From Chiloscyllium plagiosum (Eukaryota): 42,556 nt of DNA. Location: the NCBI RefSeq assembly GCF_004010195.1, contig NC_057720.1, positions 9,133,646 through 9,176,201 on the forward strand. The letters are read 5' to 3'. Below are positions 33,765 to 42,556 of the stretch, in pieces. Every line of letters begins with the position of its first letter. Position 1 is the stretch's first letter. The notes under the pieces were generated by a model. It was not told where the DNA came from, did no database searches, and saw only the letters and a program-made list of their open reading frames with translations. The position numbers were made by a program, and so were the translations under genes.

Positions 33765-35345
33765 TGACTATAAGAACGTATGAAACAGGAACAGGAATAC
33801 GCCATTCGGCACCTCAAGCCTGCTTTTCCATTCAACAGGATCGTGGCTGATCTGATATTCCTTGCATTCACTTTTCCCTATCCCTGTAACACTTTGTTCC
33901 CTGACTGATCAAGAAGCTATCTCTCACAGCCTTATATATACACATGGACCCTACCACACAGCCCTCTGTGGCAAGGAGTTCCAAAGACACACCACTCTCT
34001 AACAGAAAAAAATCCTCCTCATCTCAATCTTAAATTGGTGTCTCTTTATTCTGAGACTATGCCTTTGATCTTTGACCATCCCATGAAAGGAAACAGATAA
34101 AAACAAGGGCTGCAGATGCTGGAAACCAGATTCTAGACTAGAGTGGTGCTGGAAAAGCACAGCAGTTCAGAAAGCATCCGAGGAGCAGGAAAATCGACGT
34201 TTCGGGCAAAAGCCCTTCCCTAGAGTTTAGAAGAGTGAGAGGAGATCTGATTGATGTATAAAAGATACAAATGAAGCTTGACAAAGTATACTTGGAGAGA
34301 GAATGTTTCCTCATGTGCTGCAGGTTAGGATCAGAGGTCATGGTTTAAGGATAAAGGGTGGCAGTTTTAAAACAAATGAGGAGAAATTACTTCTCTCAAA
34401 GCTTTGTGAATCTGTGGCATGGAGTAAATGAAGGGCTTTTGCCTGAAACGTCACATTTCCTGCTCCTCAGATGCTGCCTGAACTGCTGCGCTTCTCCAGC
34501 ACCACTCTAGTCTAGAACATGAAAGGAAACATCCTAGTGAACCTTGTCTGATCTGCCTCCAATGAAATAATATCATTCCTTCAATAAGGGGGACCAAAAC
34601 TGCTCACAGTACTCCAGATGTGGTCTCACCAGCACCTTGTACATTTGTAGTAAGACGTCCTTACTGTTATACTCCAACCACCTTGAAATAAGGCCCCACA
34701 TTCCATTAGCCTTCTGAATGACTTATTCCACCTGCGTGCTAGCTTTCTGTGTTTTATGTGTAAGTTCATCCAAGTCCCTTTGTGCTGCATCTTTCTGCAG
34801 TTTCTCTCCATTTAAGTGATACACTTCTCTGTTCTCCCTTCCAGAATGAACAACTTCACATTTTCACACATTGTACTCCATTTGCCAATTTTTTTGCCCA
34901 CTTACTTAGCCTCTCAAGATCTCTCTGAAACCTTCTGTATCCTTCTCACAACTTGCTTTCCACTCATTTTTGTGTTGCCTGCAAATTTGGTGACAGTACA
35001 TTCACTTCCTTCTTCCAACTCATTAATGCATGTTGTAAGCAGTTACAGTCCAAGTATAGATCCATGTGGAATGCCACTGGTCACCAACTTGAGAAAGAAC
35101 CCCCTATCCCCACTCATGTTTCTTGCCATGAGCCAATTCTCTAGCCACACCAATATGCTATCTTCAATACCCTGGGCTCATACCTCATATCTGTGAGGTA
35201 CCTTGTTGAACATGACTTTGAAGTCCAAATACAACACATTTACTGGTTTTCCTGTAACCATCTGGTTGAAACTTCGTCAATAACTCTAATAAATTAATCA
35301 GAAATGAATTCCCGTTCATGAATCCAGGCTTATTCTGCTTGATGA
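33765..35345 (-). mobile_element. Older CR1 LINE (RT to 3' end), interrupted at 34096-34517
   Basis: The reverse strand has decayed GIPHGSILG, KFAG and [17 protein letters not shown] motifs. CR1 3' tail 'gccattcggc...ccattcaacaggatcgtggctgatc'. Confidence 0.82.
34096..34517. mobile_element. PLE fold-back (type A) enclosing a captured ~210-bp CR1-derived segment
   Basis: Inverted arms 34131-34218 / ~34430-34517. 14-bp TSD catgaaaggaaaca (34082-34095, 34518-34531). The insert 34217-34429 matches 35417-35629. Confidence 0.9.
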
Positions 35346-35416
35346 CAGACTTCCTCCCCTAAAAGACATTAGTGAACCACGTAGGTTTTTATGATGACAG
35401 TTTTCAGTAGACTAGC

Positions 35417-36292
35417 TCCCTAGGGTTTCGAAGTGTGAGAGCAGATCTGATTGATGTATATAAGATACAAATAAAGCTTGACAAAGTAGACTTGGAGAGA
35501 GAATGTTTCCTCATGTGTGGCAGGCTAGAATAACAGATCATGGTTTAAGGATAAAGGGTGGCAGATTTAAAACAGATGAGGAGAAATTACTTCTCTCGAA
35601 GCGTTGTGTATCTGTGGCATGGAGTAAATTTAAGGAGATAGACAAATTTTTAATTAGCAATAGGATATTGAAGAAGGTGTTTGGTACGCTCGCCTTTATT
35701 GGTCAGAGCATTGCATATTGGAGTTGGGAGGTCATGTTGAGACAGTACAGGACATTGGTTCAACCACTTTTGGAATACCACATTCAGTTATGGTCTCCCT
35801 GCTACAGGAAGGCTCTTGTGAAATTTCAGAAAAGATTTACCAGGATGCTGCCAGGTTTGGAGGGTTTGAGCAATTGAGAGAGGCTGAATAGGCTGGGGCT
35901 GTTTTCCCTGGAGCATTAAAGGCTGAAGGGTGACCTTGTAGAGGTTAATAAAACCATGAGGGGCATGGATAGGGTAAACAGACAAGGTATTTTCCCTGGG
36001 GTAGGGGAATCCAAAACTAGAGGCCATAGGTTTAAGGTGAGAGGGGAAAGATTCAAAAGGGTCCTAACGTGTAACTTTTTCACATAGACGGAATGAGCTG
36101 CCAGAGGAAGTGGTAGAGGCTGGTACAGTTACAACTTTTAAAAGGTATCTGGATGGGTACATGAATTGGAAGTGTTGAGAAGGATATGGGCCAAATGCTG
36201 GAAATTGGACTAGATTAATTCAGGAAATCTGGTCAACAAGCACAAGCTGGACCAAAGGACCGGTTTCTATGATGTATATCTCTCTGATTCTA
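35417..36292 (+). mobile_element. Two adjacent CR1 fragments (older 35417-~35665; HER1-like ~35668-36292)
   Basis: ORF 35503-35877 fuses DHGLRIKGGRFKT to FGTLAFIGQSIAYWSWEVMLRQYRTLV. HER1-like 3' end near 36290. Confidence 0.85.
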
Positions 36293-37164
36293 GTAAGTTG
36301 AAGTGTCATGGGGAGTGGGCAAGATTTGATCATATTGTAAAGCAGAATAGGCTCAAGGGGTTGAATTACCGACTTCTACATATTTTTTATGTTTTAATTC
36401 CCAATATCATCAAACAAAACCTGCAGTACCTGCCATTGGGGGATTAGAACCCACATTGCCTGAATATTAACCTTAGACTCAGGATTATAAGTTCAGTGAT
36501 AGTACCATTCTGCTCCTACGACTGCTGCCATGTGAAAAGTGAATATAATGAGATCCAATTCTTATCTCCTTCAGTTAGGAAGGCACGTGATTTGAGGCAT
36601 GCTATTGATATGGACCAGCTTAGGTGGATCAGATGACCTGGCACCTTTGAGTTGCCAGATTTTTTACCCACACCTAACTAAACATCCATGATTAGTTGTT
36701 TGGTACAATATCCTCATGATACAATGATCCTCATAAACCAACTGGAAAGCAAGCTTGTTCTTGACCAAATTGGAAGATCTGTTATGAAGAAGGGTCAGTG
36801 GAACTTGAAAGGTGAACTGTGTATGTCTGACTCCAGCATGCACACTAACCAGGATGTCGAATGGTCTTGCACTTTGGGTGATTGCTTATTTTGACTGTGT
36901 ATCCTGTCAGGCAACACTGACACATCCCCTATTGTGGAAAATCGAGCAAACCACTTCTTTCCCTTCTGTGTGTAAATGGTACAAATGACATATGATTGCA
37001 ATCACATCCACATTCACTGACCCACACCACCTTACCACCCCAGCACCCCCAAAGTGGTGGCCAGCACCCCAGCTCCATGGCCGAACGGCTCCTGTAAAGT
37101 GGTTGACCACCCTGATTCTAAATATAGAGTTGGAATGGGCCAACAAATTAGAGTAAAGTCAAAA

Positions 37165-38050
37165 AGTCATAGAGTCATAGAGATGTACAACATGGAAACA
37201 GACCCTTCGGTCCAACCCGTCCATGCCGACTAAATATCCCAACCCAATCTAGTCCCATCTGCCAGCACCCGGCCCACATCCCTCCAAACACTTCCGATTC
37301 ATATACCCATCCAAAAGCCTCTTAAATGTTGCAATTGTACCAGCCTCCACCACCTCCTCTGGCAGCTCATTCCATACACGTACCACCTTCTGCGTGAAAA
37401 AGTTGCCCCTTAGGTCTCTTTTATATCTTTCCCCTCTCACCCTAAACTTATGCCCTCTTGTTCTGGACTCTCCCACCCCAGGGGACTTTGCCTATTTACC
37501 ATATCCATGGCCCTCATAATTTTGTAAACCTCTATAAGGTCACCCCTCAGCCTCCGACGTTCCAGGGAAAAAAAACCCCAGCCTGTTCAGCCTCTCCCTA
37601 TAGCTGAAATCCTCCAACCCTGGCAACAGCCTTGTAAATTTTTTTCTGAACCCTTTCAAGTTTCACAACATCTTTCCGATAGGAATGAGACCAGAATTGC
37701 ACGCAATATTCCAACGTGGCCTAACCAATGTCCTGTACAGCCGCAACATGACCTCCCAACTCCTGTACTCAATACTATGACCGATAAAGGAAAGCATACC
37801 AAACACCTTCTTCACTATCCTATCTACTTGCAACTCCACTTTCAAGGAGCTATGAATCTGCACTCCAAGGTCTCTTTGTTCAGCAACACTCCCTAAGACC
37901 TTACCATTAAGTGTATAAGTCCTGCTAAGATTTGCTTTCCCAAAATGCAGCACCTCGCATTTATCTGAATTAAACTCCATCTGCCACTTCTCAGCCCATT
38001 GGCCCAGATCCTGTTGTAATCTGAGGTAACTCTCTTCGCTGTCGAATACA
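37165..38050 (-). mobile_element. CR1 (HER1-like) LINE, 5'-truncated
   Basis: WAEKWQMEFNSDKCEVLHFG, QRDLGVQIHSSLK and RGHKFRVRGERYKRDLRGNFFTQ. (tcatagag) tail. Confidence 0.93.
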
Positions 38051-39406
38051 CCTAACAGGGAGCATTGTGTTGTGAAGATGGGGAGGAGGAAAACCATTCA
38101 GTGGGCTGTGATCATGAAAAATTCCAAAATATGACCAATGCTTCCATATTATTTGACAAGGGGGAAGAAATAATGATTTCCTTCATAAGGAGGCCAGCTC
38201 TCATTTCTAGCATGATAGGTCTCCTTGTTCTTGGGACCCCCACTTGAAGGAAACAGTTTTTAACATTAGCCAAATGTAAATTATTGCAACATTTTACGAG
38301 CTGACTCAGAGTGCCTTACAACTTTAGCACTTCGTCTATCTGCTTTTAATCTGCACAGCCTGTGCACACTGTAATCTGACAATTATTGAACTGTTTTTTA
38401 AATGCAACTTTGGCAAAAAAAAACCTGCCAAGTGCAAACTCCGCACCCACAGCCCTCCACCTAAGTCAGAACATTGTGGAGGCTGGAGTGGGTTGAAACC
38501 TGAAATTCTGAATGTTTTTTGCAAAACCATGAATTGCAAAAATATGTATAAAATGTAATTAGTCTGGAGCCAGCCACCATTGGGAGTTAACAGTGGTAAA
38601 CAGTAAAGATAAAAAGCAACACATTGATTACAGACTGCTTCTGGGATTCAAACCTGTTGGATTTCACTTTTAAATAGCAATGATTATTTTTCACACTAAG
38701 TTTTAAGAAATTAGATGAAAAATACCATCTTGAATTTGTATCGTACCAAAATCTTGAAAATTCTGAGGATACGTGATATGGTGGATGTTGAGGGAATGGG
38801 AAATACTTGAATGAAGGAGGGAGCACAATTTTAAAGTAAGGGGTTTCTCATTAAGAGTATTATTTGCTTCACAGTGGGTCATGAGTCTGAGAATTTCTCT
38901 TCCCCAGAGACTTATTTGTTGACACAGAGTGTGTTTAAGACAGAGGTAGATAGCTTTTTGATAGACAAAGGAATGTAAGATTTTTATAGGATATGTGGGA
39001 GATGAAGTTAAGGTCATATTCATGGAGTTGAAAATGGCAAGGGCACTAAACGTACTCTGGATGGGACACTTAAGTGCCATTGAGGCAAAATGGCTTCTTA
39101 TATGTCCGCCCATGCAATTATTAAAGATGCCCTCCAACGCATCTCGTCTACATCCCGCACCTCCGCCCTCAGACCCCACCCCTCCAACCGTAACAAGGAC
39201 AGAACGCCCCTGGTGCTCACCTTCCACCCGACCGACCTTCGCATCAACTAAATCATCCGCCGACATTTCCGCCACCTCCAAACAGACTCCACTACCAGGG
39301 ATATATTTCCCTCCCCACCGCTTTCCACCTTCCGCAAAGACCATTCCCTCCGTGACTACCTGGTCAGGTCCACGCTCCCCTACAACCCACCCTCCCATCC
39401 TGGCAC

Positions 39407-39793
39407 NNNNNNNNNNNNNNNNNNNNNNNNNNNNNNNNNNNNNNNNNNNNNNNNNNNNNNNNNNNNNNNNNNNNNNNNNNNNNNNNNNNNNNNNNNNNNN
39501 NNNNNNNNNNNNNNNNNNNNNNNNNNNNNNNNNNNNNNNNNNNNNNNNNNNNNNNNNNNNNNNNNNNNNNNNNNNNNNNNNNNNNNNNNNNNNNNNNNNN
39601 NNNNNNNNNNNNNNNNNNNNNNNNNNNNNNNNNNNNNNNNNNNNNNNNNNNNNNNNNNNNNNNNNNNNNNNNNNNNNNNNNNNNNNNNNNNNNNNNNNNN
39701 NNNNNNNNNNNNNNNNNNNNNNNNNNNNNNNNNNNNNNNNNNNNNNNNNNNNNNNNNNNNNNNNNNNNNNNNNNNNNNNNNNNNNNNNNNNNN
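39407..39793. other. Assembly gap (387 N)
   Basis: Run of N. Confidence 0.99.
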
Positions 39794-39797
39794 ATTC

Positions 39798-39825
39798 CTG
39801 ATGAAGGGCTTTTGCCCGAAACGTC
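39798..39825 (+). ncRNA. Minimal hammerhead core
   Basis: ctgatga-a-gggc-tttt-gccc-gaaa-cgtc. Confidence 0.85.
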
Positions 39826-40021
39826 GATTTCGAAGCTCCTTGGATGCTGCCTGAATTGCTGTGCTCTTCCAGCACCACTAATCCAGAATCTGGTTTCCAG
39901 CATCTGCAGTCATTGTTTTTACCTATGTAATTAATACCTCAAGGACAAGAGTTTGTATTGAGACAGACATCTGGAATTTTATTAACAACTAACTATGTAT
40001 GCTAGACATGTCTGGCTTAAA

Positions 40022-40519
40022 CAAAAACAGAAGTTGCTAGAAAAGCTCAGCAGATCTGACATTGTCTCTGGAGAGAAATCAGAGTTAACATTTCAAGTCT
40101 GGTGACCTTTCAATGGGAGGCAATGACCTCGTGGTACTTTTGCAAGACAGTTAATCCAGACAGCCAGACAATGTTGTGGGGGCCCGGGTTCAAATCCTGC
40201 CATGGCAGATAGTGTAATTTGAACTCAACAAAGTCTGGAAGTAAGAATCTGTTGATGATTGTGAATTGACTGTTGGGGGGATAAACCCATCTGGTTCACT
40301 AATGTCCCTTAGGGAAGGAAATTTTCATCCTTAGCTGGTCTGGCCTACATGTGTCTTCAGACCCACAGCAAAGTGGATGACTCTTAACTCCCTCTGGGTA
40401 ATTAGGGATGGGCAATAAATGCTGCCTTGGCCAAGAACACCCTCATCCTCTGTATGAATGAAAAATAAAACTTTTACTTTTGTTTCTGATTTCCAGCATC
40501 CATACTTCTTTCGGTTTAT
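40022..40519. mobile_element. Decayed PLE fold-back (type D) containing a tRNA-SINE at 40115-40470
   Basis: TSD atgtctggcttaaa / atgtctgacttaaa (40008-40021, 40520-40533). The arms match 6742-6960. Confidence 0.78.
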
Positions 40520-40577
40520 ATGTCTGACTTAAATGTAGTCTGATTTCTATGCCTACTTATGGCACCGTCACATTATA

Positions 40578-40790
40578 TGCAGCTTATTTGGCTGGATGGT
40601 TGGTTTGCAAAGCAGTGTGAAGCCAACAGCATGGATTCAATTCCCATTGCCACTGAAGTTCCCATGAAGGTCTCTCCTTCTCAATGTCTCCCCTTGCCTG
40701 AGGTCTGGTGTCCCTCAGGTGAAATCACTACCAGTCGTCTCTCTGTAATGAGAGAGCAGCCCCTATGGTAATATTATGGTGACTTAACAT
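40578..40790 (+). mobile_element. Third tRNA-derived SINE family copy
   Basis: 'ttggctggatggttggtttgc...gccaacagcatggattcaattccc...cctgaggtctggtgtccctcaggt', homologous to 8035-8130. Confidence 0.65.
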
Positions 40791-40859
40791 GATATGGACT
40801 GCTGCCTGTCAAAGATGTGTTAGTATTCATATAGGAAAATAATACATTACAAGGTGACT

Positions 40860-41620
40860 GAGTCATAGAATCATAGAAATGTACTGCACGGAAATAAATT
40901 CTTCAGTTCAACTTGTCCATGCTGACCAGAAATCCTAAATTAATCTAGTCCCATTTGCCAGCATTTGGCCCATATCCCTCTAAACCCTTCCTATTCATAC
41001 ACCCATCCAGATGCCCTTTAAATGTCATAATTGTACCAGCCTCCACCATTTCCACCGGCAGCTCATTCCTTTGGTCCTTTTTAAATCTTTCCCCTCTGAC
41101 CTTAAACCTATACTCTCTAGTTTTTGGACTCCTGGGGAAAAGGTTTTGTCTACTTACCCTATCCATGCCCCTCATGATTTTATAAACTCGATAAAGTCAC
41201 CCCTCGGCCTCCAATGCTCCAGGGGAAAATAGCCCCACTCTATTTAGCCTTTTCTCATAACTCAAACCCACCAACACTGGCAACATCCTTGTGAACCTTT
41301 TCTGAACCCTTTTAAATTTCATAGAACATAGAACAATACAGCACAGAACAGGCCCTTCGGCCCACGATGTTGTGCCGAACATTTGTCCTAGCTTAAGCAC
41401 CCATCCATGTACCTATTCAATTGCCAGTTAAAGTTCGCCAATGATTCTGACTCTGCCACTCCCACAGGCAGCGCATTCCATGCCCCCACCACTCTCTGGG
41501 TAAAGAACCTACCCCTGACATCTCCCCTATACCTTCCACCCTTCACCTTAAATTTATGTCTCCTTGTAACACTCTGTTGTACCCGGGGAAAAAGTTTCTG
41601 ATTGTCTACTCTATCTATTC
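40860..41620 (-). mobile_element. Two tandem CR1 3' fragments (~40860-41320 and ~41320-41620)
   Basis: ORFs 40945-41175, 41197-41400 and 41388-41660 (QKLFPRV...GRFFTQRVVGAWNALP). Two separate (catagaa) tails. Confidence 0.9.
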
Positions 41621-41771
41621 TGGTGTTTTTACTATCATAATGGATAAATCCAGCCTTCACAATTTGCTTTATAAAAATCGCATCCTGTCTTTAAAATCTT
41701 TTGAAGAACTTGTTGAAAGCTCTTGAAGATTATTCTAGTACTTGATAGTATCATGATCAAGCTTCACAATT

Positions 41772-41968
41772 TCAGAAGTCACACTACACCAGGTTATAGT
41801 CCAACAGGATTATTTGAAACCACAAGCTTTTGGAGCACTGCTCCTTTGTCAGGTGAAGTCAACGCTCCGTAAGCTTGTGATTTCAACTAAACCTGTCGGA
41901 CTATAACCTGCTGTTGTGTGACTTCTGACTTTGTCCACCTCAGTCCAACACCAGCACTTCCACATCGC
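41772..41968. mobile_element. PLE fold-back (type E) with a decayed hammerhead at 41824-41852(-)
   Basis: Inverted arms 'cagaagtcacac..caccaggttatagtccaacagg' / 'cctgtcggactataacctg..gtgtgacttctg'. TSD agcttcacaa (41760-41769, 41969-41978). Confidence 0.82.
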
Positions 41969-42556
41969 AGCTTCACAACAATTAGGGAATTTCATGAGAT
42001 TTCTTTGGTCTGTGTAAATCATGTAACTAAGAAAGTGAGGTAGCAAGCATCACCACCAGCCTCCAATTTCTTTTCCTTCTGCCTGAGTTCAGTGAACATT
42101 CCCATATAGGAATCATTGAAGATTGCTCCTGTGAGCATCTGATCCAAGAGGCTGAAGAAGACAAAGGCAATGTGAAATATAAATTCTGTTTCCCTCTATA
42201 AAGCCAACACCCTCAGATGATTCAAAAGTTTTGAACGTTCAAACCTTTGCTGGACATTGGTATCAGGCAGACCTGAAACTGTTGCCTGAAAGCCATTCCA
42301 GACTTCTGCTGTTTTCGTTTTGACAAACAGGCAGATGACTAGAATATGTATCTGAGGCTCTCCCTGTCAAACTGGTGTCCATGGAGGAAAATCTACATTT
42401 ACACTGAGTCAGGTAGTCAGTCTTTTAAAAATACATGTCTTGCAGCTCCTCTATTTTCTTTATCATTCTAGAGGAAATTGGTGACACAGTAACAATAACA
42501 AGACCAATAATTCAGAGCCATAGGCTAATGTTTCAGTGACATGGGTTCAATTTCTA

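Larger units (their letters stand above)
39124..39924 (+). mobile_element. PLE (type A) 3' half spanning an assembly gap
   Basis: KDALQRISSTSRTSAL...RTPLVLTFHP...IIRRHFRHLQTD...DIFPSPP...FRKDHSLRDYLVRS. After the gap come a hammerhead and the terminus gtttttacct. Confidence 0.88.

Noticed and set aside
39112..39936. TSD atgcaattatta / atgtaattaata for the gap-spanning PLE
   Set aside because: Only 10/12 matches in AT-rich DNA, and across an assembly gap; not relied on.

Overview
This is repeat-dense vertebrate genomic DNA, almost certainly from a cartilaginous fish. The evidence is HE1/V-SINEs, HER1-like CR1 LINEs, a Rex1/Babar LINE and shark-type Penelope-like elements (PLEs); a bamboo/epaulette shark is a tentative guess. 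There are two assembly gaps (18443-19186, 39407-39793). No host protein-coding exon can be supported, so the window looks intronic or intergenic; the listed ORFs are retroelement fragments, antisense read-throughs or short chance ORFs. The main signal is a dense set of PLE-terminal minimal hammerhead ribozymes (CUGANGA-A-stemII-GAAACGUC). Eight have intact cores and several more are decayed; they come from 4-5 distinct PLE terminal-repeat types (my labels A-E). They occur as: (i) TSD-flanked fold-back mini-elements with hammerhead sequence on both strands, (ii) a 218-bp tandem hammerhead-to-hammerhead repeat of retrozyme-like size, (iii) a fold-back that captured ~210 bp of DNA from 1.2 kb away, (iv) two PLEs stacked in the same LINE endonuclease motif, and (v) a copy in a degenerate telomere-like array. 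Ancient Gypsy-integrase and Penelope-RT relics and a few candidate enhancers are also noted. All calls are by eye; no database searches were run, and repeat boundaries are approximate.
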